Assembly (NCBI GenBank): GCA_963710195.1
Contig: CAVPZF010000008.1
Location: 1,179,410-1,243,409, forward strand
Direction of reading: 5' to 3'
Source of the DNA: Lewinellaceae bacterium
GTDB taxonomy: Bacteria > Bacteroidota > Bacteroidia > Chitinophagales > Saprospiraceae
DNA: 64,000 nucleotides
Positions 27,496-37,459 of this stretch are shown piece after piece. The stretch's first letter is position 1, and each line of letters starts with the position of its first letter. The position numbers and the translations under genes are program-made. The notes below the pieces were generated by a model that was not told the DNA's origin, did not search any database, and saw nothing but the letters and a program-made list of their open reading frames with translations.

Positions 27496-28800
27496 TCAGG
27501 CGGTACGGGTAGCGGCACCGGAGGTCGCCGAAGCTTCCCAATCAGGCAGTCCAGACAGCAGTTGTGACCGCAGTTCGCGGAGGCGGGTGTCGTATTTACC
27601 CCGGCCGCTGAAGCGGCCGGCCCAGAAAGCCCGGTAGGTGACCCAGTAGCGCAGAGCAAACAGCCCGGAGACCGGTAGGCTAATTAAGTAGACCCACCCC
27701 ATCCCCTCCGGGTACACCCAGTTGAAGAGCAGCGTTTGCAGCAGGTACAGGAGGGGGAGCACGACCCACGAGCCGAGCGTTTGCACGGTGGCCTTATACC
27801 CCCGGTCAATGCCAAGGGCCTTCCAGATACCATTCATGGCCAGCAGCCAGGGCAGGTGGTTGAGCAGTCCGTACAGGAACAGCGGCAGTCCCAGAAACAG
27901 GCCGGCGGAATAACTGCGGTGGGGGTTACGGCTAAACTCCAGGTCCTGCTGCCCGGTCTCGCGCAGCAGGCTGTCGTATTCGGCGGCGACGGCGCAGCGG
28001 GCCTCCCGCTCCTCCGCCCCGAGCTCCCGCAGCCAGGCCAGGATGCGCTGCGTACGGTAGTGGTGGGCCGCTACGGTCCGGGGATGGTCGCTTTGCACGC
28101 TGCGCTCGATGCGGCGCAGGCAACGCTCCTCGGTCTTATCCTTGGTGTGGATGAGCAGTCCCTCCATGCGTTCGCCGAGCAAGTTGGTGAGCCCACGCAC
28201 GGCGCGCATCGGGCTTTTTTCGTAGGCTTCCCGCCATTCGGCCGCCACGATGGGTTCGCCGTAGCGGACGAAAGCGCGACTAAAGGCGGTGGTCGGACTC
28301 TCATAATTCACGCCCACGGGCTGCAGGGTCACGCCAAGCTGCCAGTCGTTGCGCGCTTCCCCCTCCAGGGCCAGGCTAGCGGCACCGGCCTTGATCTTGC
28401 GCAGTTTTCGCTCTAGTTCCGAGTAGGCCTCCGGGGCGATGTACATGATCTTGCCCGTCTCTAAAGCATTGAACGTGCGGTTGAAGACTTCCTCCTTGCT
28501 TCCTTTATCGGCTCCGGCCTCCTTGTCCTTCGGGCGCGCCACGGGGATGCAGAAGGGATCAATGATGAAGCCGGTGACCGGGTTCATCCACAGACCGGCA
28601 TTGGCCAGGAAGTAGGTCTGGTAGTCGAGGTGAATACCAGCCATCAGGGGGTCAGCCAGGGTATTCGGATGGTTACCGCACAGCAGCGTCGGCCCGGGAT
28701 GGTTGGCGTAGTGTACCCCTTCCGTCTCCATCGAGGGATAGAAAATGCGCAGCATCCAGCGGCTCATAAAGTGAAGGACCCAGAAAAAGGGTTTAGACAT
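27496..28800 (-). CDS. PlsC-like glycerolipid acyltransferase with C-terminal membrane domain
   Basis: NHPNTLAD (HX4D), FLAN, IAPEA and IKAGAA motifs. Confidence 0.85.
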   Translation of the reverse strand: MSKPFFWVLHFMSRWMLRIFYPSMETEGVHYANHPGPTLLCGNHPNTLADPLMAGIHLDYQTYFLANAGLWMNPVTGFIIDPFCIPVARPKDKEAGADKGSKEEVFNRTFNALETGKIMYIAPEAYSELERKLRKIKAGAASLALEGEARNDWQLGVTLQPVGVNYESPTTAFSRAFVRYGEPIVAAEWREAYEKSPMRAVRGLTNLLGERMEGLLIHTKDKTEERCLRRIERSVQSDHPRTVAAHHYRTQRILAWLRELGAEEREARCAVAAEYDSLLRETGQQDLEFSRNPHRSYSAGLFLGLPLFLYGLLNHLPWLLAMNGIWKALGIDRGYKATVQTLGSWVVLPLLYLLQTLLFNWVYPEGMGWVYLISLPVSGLFALRYWVTYRAFWAGRFSGRGKYDTRLRELRSQLLSGLPDWEASATSGAATRTA

Positions 28801-28848
28801 AGATAGGGTAGCAAGGGGGTTGCAAAGTAGGCATTCTACCGCACCCGC

Positions 28849-29916
28849 TCACGCCCGGAAGTCGAGGAGGTAATCGCGTACCAGCCCATTAAAGGCCTCC
28901 CCCTCCCCGAAATGAAAGCGCACCTCGACGGGAAGTACGAAAACTGGCAGTTGCGACTCCTCGATGAACGCCCGATGCATTTCCAGGCGGGTGGCGTCCT
29001 TTTCCGTGGTCACAATCGCGCGGTGCTTGCCCGGCATCTCCTCGTAGCGTTGTCGGAGGTTAGCCAGATCGCTGCCGGTGAAAAAGTGGTGATCGGCGTA
29101 GTCCAGGCTACGGACACTTTGTGCGGCGGTGCGCAGGTGCGAAAGCAGGTACTCCGTATTGGCGATGGCGGAGATTAGCAGTACCGAAATTCCTTCTTCC
29201 AGGCGCAGGCGGTAGCGGTGGTCCAGCAGATAATAGGGCGCCGTATAGGCGTAGTAGCTAAAGAATACCCGCTGGTGGGGCAGTGGGTCGATCTCCCCGA
29301 TCAGCGCGTCGGCGGCGGCGCGGTCGAGGGTCTCCGGGCACTTACTGACGACGATCACGTCGGCCCGCGCGTAGCCGCTTCGCCACTCGCGTAGGCGGCC
29401 GCTGGGCAGCAGGTGGTCGCGGGTGAAGGGGCGCGCCCATTCGGTGAGGAGGATGTTGAGGCCCGGCTTGACGGCGCGATGCTGAAAGGCGTCGTCGAGC
29501 AGTACCAACTGGGTATCCGGCCGCCGCCCCACGATCTCCGGAATGGCGAAAGCGCGCTCCTCGGCCACGGTCACCATCACCTCGGGAAACTTGCGTACGT
29601 ACTGCAGGGGTTCGTCCCCCACGTCCTCTACCGTATGCTCCGGCCGCACCACCAGAAAGCCCCGCGTTTTGCGCCGGTAGCCCCGGCTGAGGGTAGCGAT
29701 GTTCAGGTAAGGGTCGAGTAAGCGGATGAGGTACTCGATGTGCGGTGTTTTCCCCGCCCCGCCCACCGAGAGATTCCCGACGCTGATCACCGGTACCGAA
29801 AAGCTGATGCCCCGCAGGATGCCCCGCCGGTAGGCCCAGTTGCGAAAGCCTACCCCGGCCCCGTACAGGAGCGAGATCGGAGACAGCAGGAGTTTAGCTA
29901 CGGTAGATTGGACCAT
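28849..29916 (-). CDS. lpxK: Tetraacyldisaccharide 4'-kinase
   Basis: VGNLSVGGAGKTP, LSRGY, GDEPL, LDDAFQHR, DHHFF and TTEKDA motifs. Confidence 0.95.
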   Translation of the reverse strand: MVQSTVAKLLLSPISLLYGAGVGFRNWAYRRGILRGISFSVPVISVGNLSVGGAGKTPHIEYLIRLLDPYLNIATLSRGYRRKTRGFLVVRPEHTVEDVGDEPLQYVRKFPEVMVTVAEERAFAIPEIVGRRPDTQLVLLDDAFQHRAVKPGLNILLTEWARPFTRDHLLPSGRLREWRSGYARADVIVVSKCPETLDRAAADALIGEIDPLPHQRVFFSYYAYTAPYYLLDHRYRLRLEEGISVLLISAIANTEYLLSHLRTAAQSVRSLDYADHHFFTGSDLANLRQRYEEMPGKHRAIVTTEKDATRLEMHRAFIEESQLPVFVLPVEVRFHFGEGEAFNGLVRDYLLDFRA

Positions 29917-29997
29917 ACGCAAGGAAATGCAGCGGTACAATAGTACGGCGGGGCGGCCCATCCCCCCCGTTGCCGCGGTTTCGTCCCCGACAAACTG

Positions 29998-30537
29998 CTA
30001 CAGGTCCAGGTACACCGCCGTCGATTGCGCCACCGGCGTACCGTCGTCGAGTTCCCCCTCCAGGGTGAAGGTGTACCTGCCCGGGGGGATTTCCGCCCGT
30101 TCCAGGAAGGAGGCGCCGAAACTTAGGTCCACCCCCTGGCCGTACACGAATGCATCCGCGTCGAATTCCGGAATACCCGCCAGCAGGGCCACGAGATCCG
30201 CCCCCACGGCCAGGGGCTGCCCGTCAAAGGTGATGCTGCGGTCGAGGAATACCCGCACGCTAGCGGGGTCCAGCGTGCGGTCGTAAGTCTCGTCGCAACT
30301 GAAGGCCAGCAGCAACTGAGCCGGACGAACTACCGGTACCTCCGTAAAACGATCGTAGTCCGCACGGGCCGAGTACCGGAAGGGACCGCCCAGGGTATCC
30401 GCCACTAGGCCTACGCTTACGGGCGCGCTGGTATTTTCCACGAGGCTAACTGCGATATCGCCACTAAATCGGTATTCTTCCTTGCAGCAGCCGGTGAGCA
30501 GCGCGCAGAGCAGGATGATGCACAACGGGTAATTCAT
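29998..30537 (-). CDS. Hypothetical lipoprotein
   Basis: Lipobox LTGC, 179 aa, typical codon bias; no family recognised. Confidence 0.65.
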   Translation of the reverse strand: MNYPLCIILLCALLTGCCKEEYRFSGDIAVSLVENTSAPVSVGLVADTLGGPFRYSARADYDRFTEVPVVRPAQLLLAFSCDETYDRTLDPASVRVFLDRSITFDGQPLAVGADLVALLAGIPEFDADAFVYGQGVDLSFGASFLERAEIPPGRYTFTLEGELDDGTPVAQSTAVYLDL

Positions 30538-30576
30538 GGATCACCAACGTTTGGGCTTGCTCCTTATTATGGGCGC

Positions 30577-31377
30577 TTACTTTGGGGAGGTGGCGTAGAA
30601 AAAGTCGCGCCGGGAGAGCAAACCGGAGCCCGCCAGCACGGTGAGTCCCACCGCACCCGCGAGGGCCGCCCAAAAGAGCACCGGCGCATCCTGCTGTTTG
30701 ACGGCTACGGCCACCAGGGCCCAGGCTACCGTGAGGGCGTAGAAGCCGTCCCGCCGCAGGCCCAGGTAGGCACCCAGGGCAATCAGCACCAGCACGAGCC
30801 CAGTAGCGATGTAAATGGCCACCTGAGGAGGGAAGTCGATGCCAACCTGCCGCAGCGCCAGCGCCGTGGAGATGACGGTGGCCGCGCTGATCCACCCCAG
30901 GTACAGCGAAGGGGCGAAGTAGCTCCATCCGTAGGCGGGCTCTCCCACTTCGCGGACGTGGGCGCGCAGGGATAGGTACGCCCCGATGAGGGCCAGGAGG
31001 TGCCAAAGGAGGTCTACGAAAACGAGCAACTGGTTATCCCCCAAGCTGATCGGCACGAAGGCAATACTGGCCAGCCCCGCCACGATCAAAAATTGATAGG
31101 CGCGGCGCTGGCCGGCTGACTCGCGGTCGACCCGCAACTGCAGCGCGGCAAAGATGATCATCCCCGTAAAGATCACCCCCCAGATGCTGAAGCCGTAGCT
31201 CGCCGCGTCCACCCGGGTCTGCAGGCCGTCGGAGAAGCGGTCCTGGTTGGCGTCGAGAACGACTGGAATGTAGTTGGCGATCGGAACGAGGAGAAAGACG
31301 GCGAGCAGGGCGTAGCGCCAGTTGCGGGTAGCGGGGGAAACGGTCATGGGAGGGAGCTTGTGTGTAGATAAACCCAA
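30577..31377 (-). CDS. Multi-pass membrane protein (TspO-like/tryptophan-rich sensory family-like)
   Basis: About 8 hydrophobic helices, A.YGFSIWGVIF and SLYLGWISAAT motifs. Confidence 0.65.
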   Translation of the reverse strand: MGLSTHKLPPMTVSPATRNWRYALLAVFLLVPIANYIPVVLDANQDRFSDGLQTRVDAASYGFSIWGVIFTGMIIFAALQLRVDRESAGQRRAYQFLIVAGLASIAFVPISLGDNQLLVFVDLLWHLLALIGAYLSLRAHVREVGEPAYGWSYFAPSLYLGWISAATVISTALALRQVGIDFPPQVAIYIATGLVLVLIALGAYLGLRRDGFYALTVAWALVAVAVKQQDAPVLFWAALAGAVGLTVLAGSGLLSRRDFFYATSPK

Positions 31378-31425
31378 TCGCGGCTACCGGGTTAATTCGT
31401 TACATCAGTTTAATCCCCCTCACTT

Positions 31426-32508
31426 ATGCCGCTTCAGTCGCACTACGGAAAACAGGGCGTCCTGCTCGTCAACCTCGGGACGCCGGATGCGCCCACCCCG
31501 AAGGCGGTCAACCGCTACCTGGGGGAGTTCCTGACCGACCCGCGGGTGATCGACAACCTGCCCGGCGTCGCCCAGCAGCTGCTCGTGCGCGGCATCATCG
31601 CCCCGATCCGCTCCGGCATCGTCAACCCCTTCAAGACGGGCGGCTCCACCAAGCTCTACCAGGAGCTGTGGACGGAAGACGGCAGCCCCCTCAAGTACTA
31701 CGGCGAAATCGTGGCCGCTAAGGTCGCGGCCGCCCTCGGCGACGGCTACGTACTGCGCCTAGCCATGCGGTACCAAAACCCCAGCATCGAGTCGGCACTG
31801 AACGCCCTGCTGGCCGAGCAGGTATCGAGCATCCTGGTCTTTCCGCTCTTTCCCCAGTACGCCAGCGCTACCACGGGTTCCGTACACCAGGAGGTCATGC
31901 GGCTGCTCTCCCGGCAGCAGACGATCCCCGACGTGAAGCTCGTCAACAGCTACTACGAGCAGCCCGAGCTGATCAAGGTCTTTGCCGACAACGCCCGCGA
32001 CCTCGGCGACCTCTCCCGCTACGACCACATCATTTTCAGTTACCACGGCCTGCCCCAGCGCCAGCTGAAGAAGGCCGACGAATGCAACCACTGCTACGTG
32101 CAGGCAGGTTGCTGCACATCGATAAGCCGCGTCAACCAATTTTGTTACAGCGCGCAGTGCCACGCCACCACCCGCGCCATCGCCGCCGAGTTGGGCCTCC
32201 CCCCCGACCGCTACACCACCAGCTTCCAGAGCCGCCTCGGCTTCGATGACTGGGCCAAGCCCTACACCATCGACACCCTGGAGAACCTGGCCAAGGAAAA
32301 GGGCGCGAAGAAGATTCTCTGCTTTAGTCCCGCCTTCGTGGCCGACTGCCTCGAAACGACCATCGAGATCGGCGTCGAATATCAGGAGGAGTTCGAGAAG
32401 TGGGGCGGCGATCACATCGACTTGGTGCCCAGCCTCAACGACGATCCGCGCTGGATCAACGCCCTCGTGAGTATGATCCGCGAGGAAACGAAGGAAGCCG
32501 TAGCGTGA
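31426..32508 (+). CDS. hemH: Ferrochelatase
   Basis: LLVNLGTP, AMRYQNPS, PLFPQYASATTGS, FSYHGLP, FQSRLG and FVADCLET motifs; Cys-rich internal insert. Confidence 0.96.
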   Translation: MPLQSHYGKQGVLLVNLGTPDAPTPKAVNRYLGEFLTDPRVIDNLPGVAQQLLVRGIIAPIRSGIVNPFKTGGSTKLYQELWTEDGSPLKYYGEIVAAKVAAALGDGYVLRLAMRYQNPSIESALNALLAEQVSSILVFPLFPQYASATTGSVHQEVMRLLSRQQTIPDVKLVNSYYEQPELIKVFADNARDLGDLSRYDHIIFSYHGLPQRQLKKADECNHCYVQAGCCTSISRVNQFCYSAQCHATTRAIAAELGLPPDRYTTSFQSRLGFDDWAKPYTIDTLENLAKEKGAKKILCFSPAFVADCLETTIEIGVEYQEEFEKWGGDHIDLVPSLNDDPRWINALVSMIREETKEAVA

Positions 32509-33146
32509 GCGGAAAAGCATACTTCATTAGCGGCATTGGTACGGAGGTAGGCAAGACGGTTACCAGCGCCTTCCTGCAACTGGCCCTCGACGCCGACTAC
32601 TGGAAACCCGTGCAGGCGGGTGACCTAGACTTCGGTGATCGCGACCGGGTACAGTCCTGGACCGGTATGGATGCCGACCGCTACCATCCCGAGCGCTACC
32701 GCCTGCGTACGCCCGCCAGTCCGCACTACGCGGCGCGGGTCGATGGCCTGGAAATTTCGCTTACCGATTTCACCCTGCCCGACACGCAGGGACGCGCCCT
32801 ATTGGTCGAGGGTGCGGGCGGACTGCTTGTCCCCCTCAACGAGCAAGCCTGCATGATCGACCTGGCTGCCCACCTGAAGCTGCCGGTCATCCTGGTCTCG
32901 CGCCACTACCTCGGCAGCATCAATCATACCCTGCTGAGCCTGGAGGTGTTGCGGGGACGCGGGATGCGGTGCGCGGGCGTCGTATTCAGCGGGGGAGACA
33001 ACCCGGAATCGGCGCGGATCATACAGCAGCATTCGGGGGTAAAGGTTCTGGCGGAGCTTCCGGAAATGGAAGAAGTAGGCCACACCGAAATGCACACGGC
33101 ACTTGTAGTAACCGTTAATCAGAAATTGTACGACGCCCTAGACTAA
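32505..33146 (+). CDS. bioD: Dethiobiotin synthase
   Basis: GIGTEVGKT, YWKPVQAG, SPHYAA, VEGAGG and LGSINHT motifs; GTG start overlaps the hemH stop. Confidence 0.95.
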   Translation: MSGKAYFISGIGTEVGKTVTSAFLQLALDADYWKPVQAGDLDFGDRDRVQSWTGMDADRYHPERYRLRTPASPHYAARVDGLEISLTDFTLPDTQGRALLVEGAGGLLVPLNEQACMIDLAAHLKLPVILVSRHYLGSINHTLLSLEVLRGRGMRCAGVVFSGGDNPESARIIQQHSGVKVLAELPEMEEVGHTEMHTALVVTVNQKLYDALD

Positions 33147-33160
33147 GCTAACTTTGTCGG

Positions 33161-34167
33161 GTGTCCCCTGCTAAAATCCTCATCGTCCGCTTCTCCTCCA
33201 TCGGCGACATCGTGCTCACCACTCCCGTCATTCGCTGCGTCAAGCAACAGACCGGCGCGGAGGTGCACTTTCTGACGAAGGCGAGCTTTGCGGCTACCCT
33301 GAAGCACAATCCTTACGTCGACCGTCTCTGGACCATCAGAAAGGATATCGGAGACATCGCTCCGGAGCTTACCACACAGGGCTTCACTCACCTGATCGAC
33401 CTCCACGGCAACTTGCGGACGCTGGAGCTCAAGCAGCGACTGATCGTTCGGGAAATCTGCGCCGGGGTCAGCGCCCGCCGCGCATCCGCACCTTTGACAA
33501 ACTAAATTTTCGCAAGTTCCTGCTCACCCGCCTGCGCATCGATTGGATGCCCGAACGCCACGTCGTGGATCGCTACCTCGCGGCCGCCGCCTTTCTGGGG
33601 GTACGGAACGACGGCAAGGGGCTCGACTACTTTGTGGGCGCGGGAGAGGGGGTAGAGCGGGCCGACGACCTACCCTTCGTGGCCTTTGTGATTGGGGCGG
33701 CCCACGCGACCAAACGGCTGGAGGAGGGGCAGATCATCCGGATTTGTGCGACCCTCCCCCACCCCGTCGTCCTGCTCGGGGGACCGGCGGAGGCGGCGCT
33801 CGGCGACCGCATCGCGGCCACGGGAACCCACATCGAGAACGCCTGCGGCAAGTACCCCCTGAATGGATCGGCGGACTTGGTTCGACAGGCTGCCGTGGTC
33901 ATCACTCACGATACGGGCTTAATGCACGTCGCGGCGGCTTACCGCAAAGCCATTGTCAGCGTATGGGGAAACACCGTACCCGCCCTGGGCATGTATTCCT
34001 ACCTCCCGGACGCGGAAGCTCAAGTTGTGGCCGAGGTGAAGGGGTTGGACTGCAGGCCCTGTTCCAAAATTGGGTACGCAAGCTGCCCCCAAGGCCACTT
34101 CCGCTGCATGCGGGAGCAGGACTTAGAACAAATTACCAAGGCGGCGCTACTCGCGGTCGAAACGTAA
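33161..34167 (+). pseudogene. Glycosyltransferase family 9 (heptosyltransferase-like), split by a single frameshift near 33450
   Basis: RFSSIGDIVLTTP and DLH.NLRT in one frame; TFDKLNF, HVVDRY, ITHDTGLMH and WGNT in another. Adding one G restores a continuous ORF. Confidence 0.8.
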
Positions 34168-34542
34168 CTCCTGCAGAACCATCTTATCGGCCTTCTTCAC
34201 CACGTAGATGTAGAGGCGGTATACCCCGGTGCTGGTAGTGAGGTTACCGATACAGTACTCGGCATTATCGGACTTAGAGGAGCCCTGGTGGACCTGGCTG
34301 AAGCCGGAGGGGGCGTTGGTGGAGAAAAAGGCCTGTAGTTTCTGGCGGGCCTGGTCGCGGGTGTAAAGGTCCTCTGTGCCGAGGAGACTGAGCTCCACCT
34401 CGGAATCCATCATACCGGCCAGGGCGGCCGTGTTGCCGCTGCCGAGGGCCTTGGTGATGTCACCGATGGTCTGTGCCTGGAGTGAACTGCTGCCCACTAG
34501 GGGAGAGAGCACGAGGGCGAAGGTGAGGAAGAGGGAGTTCAT
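34147..34542 (-). CDS. DUF4783-like secreted protein
   Basis: Signal peptide; ITKALGSGN, QKLQAFF..N.P..F..HQG and YRLYIY pattern (recognised from motifs). Confidence 0.7.
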   Translation of the reverse strand: MNSLFLTFALVLSPLVGSSSLQAQTIGDITKALGSGNTAALAGMMDSEVELSLLGTEDLYTRDQARQKLQAFFSTNAPSGFSQVHQGSSKSDNAEYCIGNLTTSTGVYRLYIYVVKKADKMVLQELRFDRE

Positions 34543-34800
34543 AAGGGGTTCAATTTGTGTATCAATCGATCGTCGTCGGGCGAGCGGCAACAACCGAGCA
34601 CATCAGTAAAACGTGCGGGGTTCAGGACGGGTTAACAAGGCGACGTTAAAATAAGAATTGCCCACCTTAGCGGTACCGGGCAAGCGGTCCCCTACTACGA
34701 AGAGGTTTGTAAAGATCTCGCTAGTGACCTGGAGAATGAGCGCTTAGGGACCGCCTTCGGCCCTTATGCCCCATTAGAACAGAAAAGTAAGGTATAGCTG

Positions 34801-34832
34801 TTTGTGGTTTGGTAGAATTAACGTTACCTTTG
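34801..34832 (+). promoter_or_regulatory. Bacteroidota sigma-A promoter for rplS
   Basis: TTTG (34801-34804), 20-nt spacer, TACCTTTG (34825-34832). Confidence 0.65.
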
Positions 34833-34867
34833 CGGGCCGCAAGCTGCGGTAAAAATTTACAGAAGCC

Positions 34868-35215
34868 ATGGACGCCATCTCCTTCGTACACGAACAGGTC
34901 AGCAAACAAAAAGACTTTCCCAAATTTCGCGCCGGTGATACCGTCGTGGTCGATTACCTCATTACGGAGGGTGAAAAGTCGCGAATTCAGCAGTTTCGGG
35001 GCGATGTGATCCAGATTAAGGGGGAGGGACTTACTAAAACTTTTACCGTCCGGAAGATTTCTAACAGCATTGGCGTAGAACGGATTTTTCCGATCTCCTC
35101 CCCCTCCATTGATGCCATCACTATTGTAAAGAATGGTAAGGTGCGCCGCAGCCGCCTGTTTTACCTGCGCGACCGCGTAGGGAAGAAGGCCCGCATTAAG
35201 GAGCGCCGCATCTAA
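34868..35215 (+). CDS. rplS: 50S ribosomal protein L19
   Basis: [30 protein letters not shown] and [10 protein letters not shown] motifs. Confidence 0.98.
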   Translation: MDAISFVHEQVSKQKDFPKFRAGDTVVVDYLITEGEKSRIQQFRGDVIQIKGEGLTKTFTVRKISNSIGVERIFPISSPSIDAITIVKNGKVRRSRLFYLRDRVGKKARIKERRI

Positions 35216-35350
35216 TAATTGTCGCCCACTGCGGCGTCTGCGCCAGCCCGGCCCTTCCCCGTGAAGGGCCGGGCTGTGTTGTTTAGGGATCCACCGTTAG
35301 CCAGCACACCACCGGATGGTTCCCCGCCGGAGATTGCCGATATTGCAGGT

Positions 35351-36721
35351 ATGACCCACGCAGAACGCGCCGCCGACTTCCTCCTCGACGAGCCCCGCAC
35401 CAACTGGCACGACGAATCGCTCTGGCACGTCCGCTCCAAGCGCGATACCATCGTGCAGGGCATTTCCGAGTGGGAATCTATACGGCAATTGGGCTCGGAC
35501 ATCAAGGATAACGTCCTCAGCAACTTGGATACCTACCTAGAGGAGTTCGCCGCCCAGGCTACCGCGAATGGGGTTATCGTCCACTGGGCCGTGGACGCCC
35601 GGGAGCACAACGCGATCGTACACTCCATCCTGGTACGCCACCGGATCGACCGCATCGTTAAATCTAAGTCGATGTTGACGGAGGAGTGTCACCTCAACGG
35701 CTATTTAGAGGAACAGGGCATCGAGGTAATCGACACTGATCTGGGGGAGCGTATCCTGCAACTCCGCCAGGAACCCCCGAGTCACATCGTCATGCCCGCC
35801 ATCCACCTTAAAAAGGAGGAGATTGGTCGGTTGTTCCACGAGCAGCTGGGGACGGACGAGGGCGCCAGTGATCCTCAGTATTTGACCGAGGCCGCCCGGC
35901 AGCACCTGCGGGAAAAGTTTCTGGCCGCCCGGGCCGGCATCACCGGCGTGAACTTCGCGGTGGCCGAGACCGGGGGAATCGTGGTGTGCACCAATGAGGG
36001 CAACGCCGACATGGGGGTCCACCTTGCCCCCGTACAGATCCACTGCATGGGTATAGAAAAGGTCATTCCCCGGGCCGAACATCTGGGGGTCTTCACGCGC
36101 CTGCTCGCCCGCAGCGCCACGGGTCAGCCGGTCACCATCTACACCAGTCACCACCACAAACCTAAGCCCGGCGGCGAGATGCACGTCGTGATCGTTGACA
36201 ACGGGCGCACGAAGCAGCTCGGGCGGGAAGACTTCCGCAACAGCCTAAAGTGCATTCGGTGTGGCGCCTGCATGAATACCTGCCCGATTTACCGCCGCAG
36301 CGGGGGGCATAGCTACGACCACACCATCCCGGGCCCAATCGGCAGTATCCTATCCCCCGGCATCGACCTGAAGCAGCACGGCGACCTGGCCTTTGCCTCC
36401 ACCCTGTGCGGGAGCTGCTCCGACGTCTGCCCGGTCAAGATCGATATCCACGAACAGCTCTATAAGTGGCGACAGCTCGTCAGTGAAGCGGGCCACCTAG
36501 CGCATACAAAGCGGGTGCCCCTGCTCGGTGCCGGCGCCGTCCTGAGCCGCGGCGGCCTCTACAACTTCGTAGGCAAAGCCGCCCGTAGCGCCCTGAAGCT
36601 GTTGCCCCGCGCCTGGGTATACCATCGCTTCAATCCCTGGGGGGAGAGCCGGGAACTGCCGGAAGTCCCCGCGGAAAGTTTCAAGGAGTGGTACGCCCGT
36701 ACCCACAACGCCAACGCGTGA
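35351..36721 (+). CDS. lutB: Lactate utilization protein B (LutB/LldF, Fe-S)
   Basis: VKSKSMLTEE, TDLGE, TNEGNA, CIRCGACMNTCP and STLCGSCSDVCPVKI motifs. Confidence 0.92.
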   Translation: MTHAERAADFLLDEPRTNWHDESLWHVRSKRDTIVQGISEWESIRQLGSDIKDNVLSNLDTYLEEFAAQATANGVIVHWAVDAREHNAIVHSILVRHRIDRIVKSKSMLTEECHLNGYLEEQGIEVIDTDLGERILQLRQEPPSHIVMPAIHLKKEEIGRLFHEQLGTDEGASDPQYLTEAARQHLREKFLAARAGITGVNFAVAETGGIVVCTNEGNADMGVHLAPVQIHCMGIEKVIPRAEHLGVFTRLLARSATGQPVTIYTSHHHKPKPGGEMHVVIVDNGRTKQLGREDFRNSLKCIRCGACMNTCPIYRRSGGHSYDHTIPGPIGSILSPGIDLKQHGDLAFASTLCGSCSDVCPVKIDIHEQLYKWRQLVSEAGHLAHTKRVPLLGAGAVLSRGGLYNFVGKAARSALKLLPRAWVYHRFNPWGESRELPEVPAESFKEWYARTHNANA

Positions 36722-37296
36722 GCAGCAAAGCAGTCATTCTCCAGGCCATACGGGATAACAAGCCCGGCCCCCGGGAGCTCCCCCAGCTCCCCCCCGATCC
36801 CATACCGGAGGGGGCGGGGGCGCAGGTGTCGTGGGAGCCCCGGTTTCGCGCGGTACTGGCCGCCAGCAAGACCACCTTTTTGGAGCGCGGGCAGCTCGCG
36901 GCCTACGTGAGCGGGTTTGCGGGTACCACCGTCGCCTCGACCCTCCCGGAGGTACCCGGCAACCTCGACCCCGCCGCCGTGGCCGACCCCTTACAGCTCG
37001 CCGGGGTCGACCTGGCCGTACTGCGGGCACAGATCGGGGTAGCGGAGAACGGGGCCATGTGGGTAAGCGAAACCGAAGCGGTTCACCGCGTACTGCCCTT
37101 CATCACGCAGCATCTGATCCTGGTACTAAGCCGCTCCGCCCTGGTTGGTACCATGCACGAGGCCTACCGGCGCATCGACATCGGAGCCACCGGCTTCGGT
37201 GTATTCATTGCCGGACCCAGCAAAACGGCGGACATCGAGCAGAGTTTAGTGATTGGTGCCCACGGCCCGCGGAGCCTGATCGTATGCCTGGAGTAA
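36718..37296 (+). CDS. lutC: LUD-domain protein (LutC/YkgG)
   Basis: GVAENGAMW and FIAGPSKTADIEQSLVIGAHGP motifs. Confidence 0.9.
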   Translation: MSSKAVILQAIRDNKPGPRELPQLPPDPIPEGAGAQVSWEPRFRAVLAASKTTFLERGQLAAYVSGFAGTTVASTLPEVPGNLDPAAVADPLQLAGVDLAVLRAQIGVAENGAMWVSETEAVHRVLPFITQHLILVLSRSALVGTMHEAYRRIDIGATGFGVFIAGPSKTADIEQSLVIGAHGPRSLIVCLE

Positions 37297-37459
37297 GTTC
37301 TTCCCGGTTAGGTGGATTACAAACTTTAACGTTTCTTCGTAATACATCCTCCGGTTAGGGCGTTTAGTAACCTGCCTGACGAACAAGCGGGCCATCTTTC
37401 GAGTGGTCTCCGGCAATTGCACCGTGCCGGTTTCGCACTCATCATCAAACCAACACTTT

